Below, one piece after another: positions 1 to 16,000 of a stretch of 64,000 bases of DNA. This DNA comes from Owenia fusiformis (lineage: Eukaryota), in contig CAIIXF020000001.1 in assembly GCA_903813345.2 (NCBI GenBank), positions 18,600,001 to 18,664,000 on the forward strand. The letters are read 5' to 3'. Below the pieces are notes generated by a model that was given only the letters and a program-made list of their open reading frames with translations, was not told the DNA's origin and searched no databases. Position 1 is the stretch's first letter; every line of letters begins with the position of its first letter. A program made the position numbers and the translations under genes.

Positions 1-3000
1 ACAGAATTTATTTTCAATAGTGTATGGGTGATGCACATCCAATGGTCAGATCTCATATCCCCAATCCAAACTTGGATATCATATCTTTATCCAAGGGAAT
101 ACATATCTATTCCCGGGAATAGGAATATAAATGTGACTGACTGTGGCATAATGAAAGGCCTTGAAATAAAGTAATGCATCTTTTTTAGTAACTTTTTGTT
201 ATAAGTGGAAAAATTTCTTGAACGGTTTTAATAAAAAAAAATAAATAAAAAATTATCAAGAGGATATTGCAGTTCTGTTGCTTCAATTGTGGATGAAATG
301 AAATCATTCAAAATATGCTCGATATAACTTAAATAATTAAACACTTTACAATTGGTCAGAATCCAGACTATTCTGTGTTAAGCTTAAATCTAATTGGTTC
401 TAATGGGTGACGTTAACTTATAATTGTACAGAAATGGGTTGGGCACCATAGGTAGATGTTTCATCACCACCAAGAAATGGTGACACGAAATATTGCCATC
501 TCTAACAAACTAATGGTTGAATTGACTTGAAATTTCATACATTGAACATCTATAGAGATATCGCAAAACTACAATGTAATATTGTTCAAAATTGCTTATC
601 AGGCTCCTGGTAATCTTAAATTGTGGAGAATGGAACTAACTATGAAGAATGTGAGACACAATTGAAATACATCTTTCCTTGTGCACACATTAAACAAACA
701 ACACAATTTTTAGTTTTAGAAAACTGTTAGCTATTTATTTCTGGATGTACTCTGTATATATTGTCGTTTTCTTCAAGTATTTCCTATTATATTTCAGATA
801 CAATATTATCACCAAGAAAAAAGAATTACACTTAAGTCATTTAAATATTTTGGGCTCTACACAGGAATAGACTTTATCTTTATAAATTTATCTGTAGGAT
901 ACACCCAGCACAACTAAAAAGTCCTATCATTGTAATTGAATATAAATAGATTTTGGTTGTCAAACCTTTACCCTATGGTAATTAAGGATGGGACAGAATG
1001 AAAAATTTTGGAACATGAGTAGAACGGCCTTCAGTATGGGACATTTTCAGAATGGAAATCACTCAGATAGAAGAGAACTGAAATTAAAATTGATGGCCAA
1101 TACTGATGTTCAGTTTTTTATTATTAAATTTTGGATAGAATTTGCATGTTTACAATCTAATAGGGGGAAAAGTACTAAAAGCGATGTGTTCTGTTCCATA
1201 CTGAAAGTGCTGCCTCATATTTCACAGAATTGTAGTTACAAGCAACTGACCCATCCCTAATGGTAATAATTACTGTTCACTGTTGTTAATGGTGTCATGT
1301 TTTTATTAGCAACAATTGGTGATTTATGAGAATTACATGCGGTACTTGTAGTAAATGAAATAACAAAACAAGTTAACTTGAAATGAGAATGTACAGTACT
1401 CATGGGGGTCTGTATATGTGAGAACCATCTGTAAGCGATCCCCTCTGCAAATATTGTAACCCATCTTTTTTACAAATCCATAAACTTTAGTAATTTAGGA
1501 AATATTGCCATATTAAACATGAATTTAGATTGCATCTAGACTTTTTCAGATATTTACAAGATATTGTATTCATCTTTATATAACGCACACGTGATGCAAA
1601 AATGATGGGAGATAACCTGTATGGCCTGCATTCTCATATGATGCACTAAAGAGCCACTAAGTCCATTCTGTGAGCAGTCACTCAGTGTGTTTATTGTTCT
1701 TTCACTGCAGAAGTTAATTCAGTTTTCCTTGGGACCTCAGTCTCACTGACATTCAGAGTTTACATAAATATTTCTTTACATGACTTTTTTTAATGTGACA
1801 GCTGACAGCATATAGCGTACTGAAACAACACTGATGAATCATATGGAAATCCAAGTGAATCAAGAATTTGAAGAAACAAGAAAGAAAGCAAGATCACACT
1901 GGACAAAATGCTAGGAGATTGCCCAATAATTTGGAAATGAAGATGTAATTCTGAAATCTAAGTAAAGGCACCCTCTGAGTGCAGGGCTTCAGACAGCATT
2001 CACAAAGTGATAGTGGATGATGTCTGGGACCCTGTGATTGAGATAAAGGACATTGCCTCTTAAATCAGAACTCAGAAAAACGAACCAGTTTCATGTCACC
2101 AAAGCTTAATATGTTACATCGGTGGCTCTGTATAATACGCATACTTTTAGGTGCTCACTAAGACAGAATGAATTGTATATCAATTAGAAACTGAAACCAT
2201 CAACCTGATTGCCACAAGGAAAACACACAAAACACAAAAATTAATGATCATATTCATTTTGTTTCGCTAATAGAACATATTGCATCTTATTCATTTATAC
2301 TAAATATGGCTTCAACGAAGTTTTGGAGATTCAAAATGACTGCTCCGTATCTGACAATTGTATTGGCTCTACTATAACTTGACCACCCAGCCTGTAGTAT
2401 GAAAGAAATGTCAATGGTGACATGCCTTCGCCCAATAAACACTTGCTATTCATTTCAATTACAAATTATCACAATTTTTAAAAAATAAGTCTAACGACAA
2501 ATGGAATGGAGATGTGTGTATGGCTAAAATTGACTTTGACAAAATGCATCCCCTGGTTATAGCACGTATTATAGGAGTTTTACAGTATTAAAGCACCTGG
2601 ATTGACAAATTGGTGGCCAAATGAAAGCATGGCCAAAAGTTCTTTTTACAAATTTTTTTTCCTACCTTCAATTCAATGTCAGATAATTTCAACAACTCAT
2701 GTCTAATGTGCATTGTAGCGCTTGTTACAAAAAGCTTGTAATTAGAATGCAATATGAGAAAAATGTGTCAATTTTTTATGAGTCTATTATTGTCTGACTG
2801 TTGTCATAATGAAAACTAGCACTTTTTTCCATACTGGTTTTCACTTGTAATTAAACTTCCCTGTTTCATTTAAACTTGAAATACTACGTTTAAAACATCT
2901 CTGTGCATTGTTCTACAACCAGAACTATAAAGAATACAAATCCATCAATTCTGCACTGTAAAATTTTTGTGTAAGCATTAAAAAATATAAGCTCCACAAA

Positions 3001-3433
3001 ATAAATGATTGAGTCTACTAAATGAATGTACATGAAGTTTTTGAAAGTTAGCAAATGTGGTGGTACATGGGGTATATTTCAAAAGTCAGTCATTCTGTTG
3101 ATTATATATGATGTATCCTAACTAAAATATTCAGACTTCAAGGAATAAAGAGTTTTTTCTTTATGAATTTTTGTCAGCTTAGAAGTCCAGTCAAACAAAT
3201 GTAATTAATTTCATTAATCTACATGTATTCCTCTCTCTCTTCATCAACATATCTGTTGATTTCAAAACAAGTCTTAATCACCGGTCTCACATATTGAAAT
3301 GGCCCTAGGTACTACTCCTCAAAAAGTCATGGGGAAATTATGTCATGACCGGACCAAAGTTTTTTTATCAATACTGGCCATACAAAGAAAAAAACAATTC
3401 AATACTGGCCTTGTGAATGATGTGATCCTATAT

Positions 3434-3558
3434 GCTGTATTCTCTCTAGTAAATGCACTCTGCAGCTCCAAAGTTGTTACTCTGAAGTTGCCAGTTTTTC
3501 ATGAAAAAGTAGGGTGTGTGTTTCTTAGAGTATGTGCATCTATTAGAGAGAATACGGT
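3434..3558. mobile_element. Small degenerate MITE
   Basis: Inverted ends gctgtattctctctagtaaatgca / tgcatctattagagagaatacggt. Confidence 0.5.
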
Positions 3559-3909
3559 CGGTTCTTTGTGTGAGCCAATAAATCAGTTTTTATACACTTG
3601 AATGATATTCCCATGAATTATTTAACACGGTGTACAGTTAGATCATTTAGCCACAAGGTGTCCTGGAATATCCTAACAACAATGTCCAGCTTGGAGTATC
3701 AATATCCTGATCCAATGTGGGGGAAGTGATCGCTTTTGGGACACCCTGTAGATCAAATCTAGGGGCTCCCTTTATATTGTGTAGTTGCAACTTTTCTACT
3801 CAAAGCAGAAATATGAGAACTTTCCAACCAAAGTAGAGCCATGTATCATGAACCTTATTATTACAGGCAACAACTGCTATATCTCCCCATGTAGAAAATA
3901 TACTATATT

Positions 3910-4062
3910 TCACTTAATTTTCTGTTGCCTTGGTAACCCTGCCGAGCTACATAGATTGGCAAGATTAGGAGGGGGTTGTAGTTTATTGAGTTCAGTTTTT
4001 AAGTTTTGTACAACTCTTTCTAATTTACTGCTTTTACTTCTTCGTACCCAGCCTTCCACTTC
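3910..4062 (-). CDS. Terminal coding exon ([10 protein letters not shown]...RQQKIK*)
   Basis: Acceptor ttctttgtcattgcag|GAA; TGA at 3912-3910; phase 0 matches the previous exon. Confidence 0.85.
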   Translation of the reverse strand, partial: EVEGWVRRSKSSKLERVVQNLKTELNKLQPPPNLANLCSSAGLPRQQKIK

Positions 4063-7000
4063 CTGCAATGACAAAGAACAAGTCTCTAATGAAAATGTTG
4101 TCAGTAATTCTGATCTGACAGTACAATATTTGTTTTGTCTTGTCATGATTTTGCTGATAAAATGAATGATTCATTACAGGTACTCATCAAAAAACTTTTG
4201 CATGGAACAGAGTGCACCTGTGTGTGCAAAAACACATGGCGTCCGTCCTGATATATTCACTAAAACTGATTATTGTACAGATATCCTCATTGATTCTTTT
4301 CTTTTACTACCTAATTTCATTCAATTTTGCACTTCAAAATACAATTGTTACAACTTACAACATACTATACAAAAACCTGAATCTTGATACTTACCTCAAG
4401 TATTCTGTCTTTTTTTAAGTAAAAATGTGATTTTATGACATCGGAGAAACCTTCGCTGGGATTCTGCAACTGATTTATCATTCCCCATTTTATTGTGTTT
4501 GTTCGCACATCTAAAAAAGAATTACTATACAATGAGTTTGGATTCAGTTTGGATCCTATTTAATTCCTAGTCTTTTCTGCACTAGGTTGTACAAGATAAT
4601 TTAGACAGTACTGTTTTTGTTTATAATCTTTATAAGTTTCTAAATAAAAGTTCTAAATAAAAATCATCTTAAACTTTTTATATGTTTTTGTTTTAATGTC
4701 TAAATATTTTCATTTAATTTTTATTTAAGACTGGACACTAGGGACTCTGGACCCCATGTTGCTACCATACTACCATAATAGCACAATAGTACAAAAAACA
4801 TCATAAATTATTTCTGTATCCAGTACACACACCTGCATTGTATTCAGCACTGTGTCTTTTGCCAGCATCTGTTCCTATTTCCTGCTCATAGCCAGGTTCA
4901 TTAAAGTAAGGCTCTGGCACAAGAATCAATGATTGTATGGACACTAGCACCTGAAACATTTCTCAACCGTTTCAAGTTTTCATACATGTCTTTTATTTAC
5001 TATCTTATATGTATGCACTTATATATGTAACTTTACAAGGGTCATCCAAAAAGTCTTGAAATTTTGCTCTAATCCAGAGTATTTTTATTAGAGAAGGGTC
5101 GGTTACGGTTCGGTTCGATTAACCGCGTTTTTTTGCCTCACGGTTCTACTGGGACCGTCTGATCACCAAGAACCGAGTCCAAAACGGTTCCATCATTCCC
5201 GGGGAAATACTTTATTTTCGTGCAGTGTAACATGAATACCAAATTTTTGCGCAAATAATTACAGCTCTATTTCATCTAAATAGCGAATGAAAGTACCATT
5301 TAAACGACAATTGAACAACTTTAAACGATCCATACGGTAATAAAATCGTTTCCTTGGATATTTCATTGTTCTTCCACGTCTCGATGGAACATAATTCTAC
5401 TTGCCAGCATGAATTTATTTCGCGCGGGAACACTTGTGTTTAACAAGAAAATGCAGCAAACTCCTCGAGTCGAGGTCTCCAAGTCAAAAAATGCCTGACC
5501 CTCTCATATATCTGTTGATTATCCTGTTTATAACTGATTCAAGAGCTTTGCACTGAACGAACCTATATGCCTATTTGTTATTTGTTTAGTTGTTGGTTGG
5601 GTAACATGTTTATGACGTCACAAATGATGCGAAGAATCTTTAAACCAATCAGTGAAGTCTGTATTAATTGTTTGTTTAGTTGTTGATGCTGTAATAAGTG
5701 TACGACGTAACAGGTGATTGCATCATATTCCAGCCACGCCATTTTACGACATTGCATAATTTTAGCTGATTTTGGCTTCATTTCACTTTATTTGAAAGAC
5801 TTTTAAAAATATAATAATGAGTCAGTATTTTTTCTTATAAATATTAATATTTGAATTTGAGGTCAAAGTCCGAAAATTTGATCAACTGATTGAAATCACA
5901 TTTTAAAGAGGTGAAGAAGTGAATAATTACAGGAGCAAACGTGATCAATGGTTTGAGGTCTCCCGCAAAGTAGTCGCTACGCTCCTACTTTGCGCTGCCT
6001 TCGGCAGAGGAGACCTCGAAAAAATGGCGGACAGTTTTCGAAGTCTTAGGCAAAGAGCTAGTAAAACCATAATAGAGCCTTTCCCCGCGATGCCTAAGTT
6101 GGATGCTTGGAAGTATTCGGTTTCTACGATGAGAATACGTCTACCCTATGTCGGTTGTGCAACACGACATTGAAATACGCTGCAGGTTTCCAATTTTTGT
6201 GATAGAAACTTTTTGTAAATTTTTTTAATTTTAAAAATTAAGACCGCGATCTTTATTAGACTTCAATTCATTCCCTATCTCGTAACTGCCTCCTATTACC
6301 CACTCATAGTAACATTTTTTATGACTGATATATACACTTTTTCATGTGTCCTACCTCAGGTCCCAAGTCAGGTTGAGAATTTGGGTAAACACCCCCTAGC
6401 CCACTGCACTGTTATTCCAAACTGAAGGACATCTGTGCTATCCATATAATTTTACTTTTCAGGAAAAACACTGTCTGCCGTGAGGAAACATATTGAAAGG
6501 TCTTACCCAACCATACCCAGTTTAGAAAGGAATCCCTCCCATCTAACACGGGGCAAGCAACTTGTTGATAGCCACATACAAATAGTTCAATTCTAGTTAT
6601 TTAATTCCATAAATATTCAATGATTATCAGCTATCATCATTCCATATTGATCATTTATAAGATTGAAAATAAAATTATATCCCCTAATAATACAAAATAA
6701 AAGTGAAACACCTTTTTATGTTGCCATATTTGTGGCACCAATTGCAATTTATGAGGCCCACCTTATTAAGTATATGATTTAAGAACCGACCGAACCGAGA
6801 GACAAGAACCGAGAATCATCCCGAACCGAACCGAACCGTGACCGACCCTTCTCTAATTTTTATGTCTATATTAGAATATCAAAAAAATCAAATTAAAATA
6901 AGATCTAAATAAGATATGATCACTTGGTTGTACATTTGTGAGTTACATGTAAATACAGCGCTTGCCTGTGTAGATGTGGTTACCTGTGGACATGTAGCTT

Positions 7001-10000
7001 ACCTGTTTGGATTATGATTGCAAATATAAGGTGACTTACCTGTAACAGTGTGGAGGTGATCTCATTCCAGGTCTCCCCCTGTTGACCCTCCCAAGTCCCT
7101 AGAAGTGACAAACACACTTTGCCACAGCTGCAACACAAATATGAAATAAATAACATAACATGCGTGAAAAACAGTATAGAATACATTCAAAAGGCCAATG
7201 TTTCCAAAGATAATATATGACCTATATCTGTATTAAAAATAATTCTTGCTTTTAACATATAACTGATAGCTTTAATCTGATCTATGCTACATAGGAGGTA
7301 ACTGGCTGAAGAAATATCAGAATATCTAAGTTTTGTGTTAAGTTAGTAACTGACATATCTTAAAAAATTATTATAGATATAACTTACTTGTATAAGTTAG
7401 GATTAAATCTCACTGTTCCACCACCAGTAGTCTACAACAGAACATTTGAAAATAATTAATGAAGATTGGTCAATGGATAATAAAATTGTCAATTACTTAT
7501 TGATCACCCCTTGTATTACCTTGAGCCACTTTGGCTGTTTCAAGGAAAGCTTATGATGCTTTTAACTGGAAATATTAGATAGGGTAGTAGTGAATGATGA
7601 ACATTTTGAAATCATAAATTCAAAATGGCAGCCACAAGTAGATTTTTTAATATCATTTTCTACAATTTACAAAAATATTCGGATAAACTACTAATTTTAA
7701 TGATCAAACATGAGTCAAGCCAATTAATGTTCAACTGCCATCTACAAATATATAAATAAATGAATTTCCTGCTCACCTGTAAGTTTACTAATGGAGGTGC
7801 CTTGGGATATGCAAAGGGGAAGAATATGTCAAATGTAAAACATCCCCCAGAGTATGGCGTTCCTTCTGGCCTGAAAATAGGTAGAAAAAAAAACTTTATG
7901 TTACGTCCAGATGAACATCCAGTGAGAATATCTACCGAATGTCAATGTATGTGTAGATCACAAATGCCATATTTACTCTGTGATGATGATCCTTATTACT
8001 AGCACTCCAATTATGACCTCTACTTGCCATGTGATCATGACCTCTTCTAAACCATTAATTATACCCATTCTTACAACATGTGATAATGTCCCCTTCTTAA
8101 CCTGTGATCATGGCCCCTGTTTCACTTTGATAATCGCCACTATTCTTCTGGGATTATGACCCAGTTTATCCAGTTTCTTATCATGATGTTCACTCTTATC
8201 ATGCTAATTGCTGCCTCTACTTATCAAATAATCATTTCCCATCATGAGATCATAGCCCCATTTTCCTGGGATTTAAATCCTAATTTCCCGGTGCTTTATA
8301 GCCCTTACTTACCCAGTGATCATGGCCTTCATGAGTGTGAGCTTGTCATCATCTGTGCGTACAAATATGGATGATGAGAGATCTATGGGTAATGATGTTG
8401 ACAGGGACGTTATCTCCTGTGCGATACGGAACACTTGAGACTGACTAGGTGTTGGGCTTTTCTTGAAATCTCCCAGATAATGATGAGCATTAGATCCTTC
8501 TGCTACAAAATATAAATATAAGATGCAAAATGTCACCACCTGCCATTTGTTAGAAACACCATTTGTTAACTCCTTAACGCCTGATCCTTAAAGTGGTTAA
8601 AATTGGTGAAATGTGCATTAAATATTAATTTAAATGCTTTTTATTCAATATTATACAAATATATGACTGTCATATATCAAAATGAAGAGAATTAGCCATG
8701 TTTCTCATTTTTACCTAATTTGCATAAATTATGCAAAAATAATGATGTCATAGTGACGTCACAAGGCTGAAATTGAGCATTTTATTTCATTAAATTGAGT
8801 CATATCTCTACAGTCAATACAGTTTTTCTCAAATACTGTTCAATTATTGCAATTTTGAAAAACATGGATTTGTTCTCCTTGATTTAAGCTTTAAAATGGT
8901 ATATTACATGATGGGTATAAGGAAGATTTGGTGTAACTAGATTATGTTAAAGTTTGCGATGCCAAGCCAAAAATTCCAGGAATCGTGGAAAATCTCAGAA
9001 AATTATGTCGAAATGTTTAATTGAAATATGTAATCTATAACAAATAAACTTTTAACTTGAATAATTTTTATTATATATTATAGGCCATACTAAGGGGGAT
9101 TGCTCATATACTGTTTTTGCCTAATTTGCATATACTGTAAAACGGGTAATTTTGACACCGGGAAATTTTAGCGATTTTTCAATTTTAGGGGGTTTTAGCG
9201 CGGGAAATTTTAGCGAAATGAAGATTAATCTTTAAAAAATCAAATTAGCGAAATGCATTAGAAATTGTATCATTTATGGCAGAAGAATCAATAACAGACA
9301 TGACAGAGGAATTATCAAAATGTAAGACTTCTAACGCACATGGTATTGGTCCAAACTACTGTTATCTCATCTGACTAATCACAAAATCACGGTAGCATTT
9401 AAAATCGTTGATTTTTCGGTCGAGCACTGAACGAAACGCTCCTTAAATACTAGTATTCTTGTTGTTTCCCGGGAATTTGCAAATTTTAGCGCCTGGTTTA
9501 TTTTAACCCCGGTTTATTTTAGCGAATTGAATTTTTAGCGAAACTATAGCGATCGCTAACAATCGCTAACAATTACCCCTCGCTAACAATACCCGTTTTA
9601 CAGTATTATGAAAATATAGCGATGTCATAAGATGACGCAAGAACGGTTTGTTCCGTCAACTAAATTCCATATTCAGGAATAAATAATTTTTATTACCCGA
9701 GATTCAGTTGATAAATGTTTAATAACCCAGTTCTGTTTCATAACAGCTTTAAAAATGATAAACTACATGAAGCATAGAAAAATAATATACTGTCACGACT
9801 CACTAGAATAAACCAGACGATCTGCGATAAGGTACTGATATTTGACAAATCGATGAAAATCATGACTCTACAATGTTTTGAAGAAATAATAGATGTATAA
9901 AGATGTGTTAAAAGCAAATTTCTGCTTGTGAATGTCTGTTTGTTCATGTACTCATTATGTTTGATTGCTAATAAACCAGATAGATCATGAACATGCAAGT

Positions 10001-13000
10001 AATCCTCAAACTGCTTGGCCTTCCATGGGTTTCCCCAACAAAGGCTTCTGATACACCCCCCCCCCTGAATCCCTATGCTCCCCCCTGAATTCCTATGCCC
10101 CCCTCCCTATACTACTCAACATTTTTCAAAATATATTTGTGTTGATTGTCCTACACACCTTGCAAGAAGATTTTAATGTGCCATGACATCTTACAGTAGC
10201 TATAAGAGTGAGGAAAGACGAAAAATAGTGAAAAAATAAAGTTTTTCACCTATTATCGCCCACTATAAAATCGGCCATAAAAATTAACAGAGTGAATTCA
10301 TCTGCCATTCAAGGTTTTGTAGGTGCATAAAGGTAGTAAAATTAACAATATAGTAACCCTTTACACCCTATATGTGTTTCAATTGGAAATATTGATGAAC
10401 TGATCTCACAAAGCATGGATATTGAGAAAATATTTTTAGATTGAAAATTGAATTTTTCTCAGAAATCGGGCCTTGATTGACTTGAATGAAAACGAACATA
10501 TTCTTACCTTTTTCATCAATCTAGCTCATCTTCTCTACGTTCGCTGATACCCCTAGGTATTATAATACTTGAAACTAGTTTCAGAAAGTGCATCTGTTGC
10601 CCCTAGATGGCTTGATATTTCAATAATTATATTTTAAATTTCGCGGTTCAGCCTCTTGGTCGAACCGGAAATCAATAATTTCAAAAATATTTAAATTTTT
10701 TCTTTTGCATTATTTTTTGGTCAATAACAACAAAATTGGTCAAAATAAGTGAACAAAGCAGTATTCTATGAATGTATTTATATTTATTCACAACTTTATA
10801 TAACAATTATAGGGAAATAGCGTGGAAAGATGCAATTATATTTTGGTAAGATTTTTCTTTATCAGGTGACGTCATAAACCCGTCAAATCGATCATATATG
10901 ATCGATTAGGCATGACGGAGTTAAGGACGCTATTTGATAGATGTAGACCGTGGAACGCCAACTTATGGTGGTGACATAAAAATCATAAAAAATAATCAAA
11001 ATCAGATAACAGCTGGTGTGTAGATACAATCATGTTTTTGATTTATTCATTATGATGGGTGTAGATTCTTCAAAGACTAATCACCAAAAGGTCATTCATT
11101 ATAAGCTTGGTGGAAAAAATCTGAAGGGCGTTCAGAACTGGGGCGAGTATGAGGAAAATCAATGTTTACCCTCAAATGCAAAGGTTTCCTGCTAAAATCA
11201 ACACATAATTCACATAAATATGTAGGGCAAGTGACATAGACTATAATAGTTCATTACTTACTTGATATTTCAACTGAGTCAAATAGCAGATCTTTCAGAG
11301 CCATTCTGTAGTTTGCTTCTAATTCGCTTAACTGAAATCATCAAAGTTTTTATTCAGGTGATTACTCAAATGATACGACATTTTACAATGACAGTTATAA
11401 ACTACTTTAAATATATAGTATTAAGCTGGATTATGAGGACATAGTATTATTGACAAGTCATTTACATGAATAGTAATTCCTTGTATGACTAATCTTACCT
11501 TATCTGCAGTGTTGTGTTTAAGAAGGGGAGTGCTGGACATGTCTGTATCACTGCTCTGACTGCTACTGCTACTGGAACTAAAGCTGTTCCCACTGCGCTT
11601 TATGGCACCTACATAATATATTCACAACATTGTATTTTTTCTATCTGCGCTTTATGGCACCTACATAATATATTAACAACATTGTATTCTTTCTATCTGC
11701 GCTTTATGGCACCTACATAATATATTCACAACATTGTATTCTTTCTATCTGCGCTTTATGGCACCTACATGATATATTCACAACATTGTATTCTTTCTAT
11801 ATGTGCTTTAAGGCACCTACATAATATATTCACAACATTGTATTCTTTCTATCTGCGCTTTATGGCACCTGCATAATATATTCACAACATTGTATTCTTT
11901 CTATCTGCGCTTTATGGCACCTACATAATATATTCTCTACATTGTATCTTTCTATCTGCGCTTTATGGCACCTACATAATACATTCACAACATTGTATTC
12001 TTTCTATCTGCGCTTTATGGCACCTGCTTAATATATTCACAACATTGTATTCTTTCTCTCTGCGTTTTATGGCACCTACATAATATATTCACTACATTGT
12101 ATTCTTTCTCTCTGCGTTTTATGGCACCTACATAATATATTCACAACATTGTATTCTTTCTATCTGCGCTTTATGGCACCTGCTTAATATATTCACAACA
12201 TTGTATTCTTTCTCTCTGCGTTTTATGGCACCTACATTATATATTCACAACATTGTATTCTTTCTATCTGCCTTTATGGCACCTACATAATATATTCACA
12301 ACATTGTATTCTTTCTATCTGCGCTTTATGGCACCTACATAATATATTCACAACATTGTATTCTTTCTATCTGCGCTTTATGGCACCTACATAATATATT
12401 CACAACATTGTATTCTTTCTATCTGCGCTTTATGGCACCTGCTTAATATATTCACAACATTGTATTCTTTCTCTCTGCGTTTTATGGCACCTACATAATA
12501 TATTCACTACATTGTATTCTTTCTCTCTGCGTTTTATGGCACCTACATAATATATTCACAACATTGTATTCTTTCTATCTGCGCTTTATGGCACCTGCTT
12601 AATATATTCACAACATTCTATTCTTTCTCTCTGCGTTTTATGGCACCTACATAACATATTCACAACATTGTATTCTTTCTATCTGCGCTTTATGGCACCT
12701 ACATAATATATTCACAACATTGTATTCTTTCTATCTGCGCTTTATGGCACCTACATGATATATTCACAACATTGTATTCTTTCTATATGCGCTTTAAGGC
12801 ACCTACATAATATATTCACAACATTGTATTCTTTCTATCTGCGCTTTATGGCACCTGCATAATATATTCACAACATTGTATTCTTTCTATCTGCGCTTTA
12901 TGGCACCTACATAATATATTCACTACATTGTATCTTTCTATCTGCACTTTATGGCACCTACATAATACATTCACAACATTGTATTCTTTCTATCTGCGCT

Positions 13001-16000
13001 TTATGGCACCTGCTTAATATATTCACAACATTGTATTCTTTCTCTCTGCGTTTTATGGCACCTACATAATATATTCACTACATTGTATTCTTTCTCTCTG
13101 CGTTTTATGGCACCTACATAATATATTCACAACATTGTATTCTTTCTATCTGCGCTTTATGGCACCTGCTTAATATATTCACAACATTGTATTCTTTCTC
13201 TCTGCGTTTTATGGCACCTACATTATATATTCACAACATTGTATTCTTTCTATCTGCCTTTATGGCACCTACATAATATATTCACAACATTGTATTCTTT
13301 CTATCTGCGCTTTATGGCACCTACATAATATATTCACAACATTGTATTCTTTCTATCTGCGCTTTATGGCACCTACATAATATATTCACAACATTGTATT
13401 CTTTCTATCTGCGCTTTATGGCACCTACATAATATATTCACAACATTGTATTCTTTCTATCTGCGCTTTATGCCACCTGCTTAATATATTCACAACATTG
13501 TATTCTTTCTCTCTGCGTTTTATGGCACCTACATAATATATTCACTACATTGTATTCTTTCTCTCTGCGTTTTATGGCACCTACATAATATATTCACAAC
13601 ATTGTATTCTTTCTATCTGCGCTTTATGGCACCTGCTTAATATATTCACAACATTCTATTCTTTCTCTCTGCGTTTTATGGCACCTACATAACATATTCA
13701 CAACATTGTATTCTTTCTATCTGCGCTTTATGGCACCTACATAATATATTCAGAACATTGTATTCTTTCTATCTGCACTTTATGGCACCTACATAATATA
13801 TTCACAACAGTGTATTCTTTCTATTTGCGCTTTATGGCACCTACATAATATATTCACAACATTGTATTCTTTCTATCTGCGCTTTATGGCACCTGCTTAA
13901 TATATTCACAACATTCTATTCTTTCTCTCTGCGTTTTATGGCACCTACATAATATATTCACAACATTGTATTCTTTCTATCTGCGCTTTATGGCACCTAC
14001 ATAATATATTCAGAACATTGTATTCTTTCTATCTGCGCTTTATGGCACCTACATAATATATTCACAACATTGTATTCTTTCTATCTGCGCTTTATGGCAC
14101 CTACATAATATATTCACAACATTGTATTCTTTCTATCTGCGCTTTATGGCACCTACATAATATATTCACAACATTGTATTCTTTCTATCTGCGCTTTATG
14201 GCACCTACATAATATATTCACAACATTGTATTCTTTCTATCTGCGCTTTATGCCACCTGCTTAATATATTCACAACATTGTATTCTTTCTCTCTGCGTTT
14301 TATGGCACCTACATAATATATTCACTACATTGTATTCTTTCTCTCTGCGTTTTATGGCACCTACATAATATATTCACAACATTGTATTCTTTCTATCTGC
14401 GCTTTATGGCACCTGCTTAATATATTCACAACATTCTATTCTTTCTCTCTGCGTTTTATGGCACCTACATAACATATTCACAACATTGTATTCTTTCTAT
14501 CTGCGCTTTATGGCACCTACATAATATATTCAGAACATTGTATTCTTTCTATCTGCACTTTATGGCACCTACATAATATATTCACAACAGTGTATTCTTT
14601 CTATTTGCGCTTTATGGCACCTACATAATATATTCACAACATTGTATTCTTTCTATCTGCGCTTTATGGCACCTGCTTAATATATTCACAACATTCTATT
14701 CTTTCTCTCTGCGTTTTATGGCACCTACATAATATATTCACAACATTGTATTCTTTCTATCTGCGCTTTATGGCACCTACATAATATATTCAGAACATTG
14801 TATTCTTTCTATCTGCGCTTTATGGCACCTACATAATATATTCACAACAGTGTATTCTTTCTATTTGGGCTTTATGGCACCTACATAATATATTCACAAC
14901 ATTGTATTTTTTCTATCTGCGCTTTTTGGCACCTACAAAATATATTCACAACATTGTATTCTTTCTATCTGCGCTTTATGGCACCTACATAATATATTCA
15001 GAACATTGTATTCTTTCTATCTGCGCTTTATGGCACCTACATAATATATTCACAACATTGTATTCTTTCTATCTGCGCTTTATGCCACCTGCTTAATATA
15101 TTCACAACATTGTATTCTTTCTCTCTGCGTTTTATGGCACCTACATAATATATTCACTACATTGTATTCTTTCTCTCTGCGTTTTATGGCACCTACATAA
15201 TATATTCACAACATTGTATTCTTTCTATCTGCGCTTTATGGCACCTGCTTAATATATTCACAACATTCTATTCTTTCTCTCTGCGTTTTATGGCACCTAC
15301 ATAACATATTCACAACATTGTATTCTTTCTATCTGCGCTTTATGGCACCTACATAATATATTCAGAACATTGTATTCTTTCTATCTGCACTTTATGGCAC
15401 CTACATAATATATTCACAACAGTGTATTCTTTCTATTTGCGCTTTATGGCACCTACATAATATATTCACAACATTGTATTCTTTCTATCTGCGCTTTATG
15501 GCACCTGCTTAATATATTCACAACATTCTATTCTTTCTCTCTGCGTTTTATGGCACCTACATAATATATTCACAACATTGTATTCTTTCTATCTGCGCTT
15601 TATGGCACCTACATAATATATTCAGAACATTGTATTCTTTCTATCTGCGCTTTATGGCACCTACATAATATATTCACAACATTGTATTCTTTCTATCTGC
15701 GCTTTATGGCACCTACATAATATATTCACAACATTGTATTCTTTCTATCTGCGCTTTATGGCACCTACATAATATATTCACAACATTGTATTCTTTCTAT
15801 CTGCGCTTTATGGCACCTACATAATATATTCACAACATTGTATTCTTTCTATCTGCGCTTTATGCCACCTGCTTAATATATTCACAACATTGTATTCTTT
15901 CTCTCTGCGTTTTATGGCACCTACATAATATATTCACTACATTGTATTCTTTCTCTCTGCGTTTTATGGCACCTACATAATATATTCACAACATTGTATT

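Noticed and set aside
988-2100. ORF 988..1260 and the purine-rich stretch at 1800-2100 as a second gene
   Set aside because: No recognisable motifs, stops interrupt the frames, and no consistent exon chain could be built.
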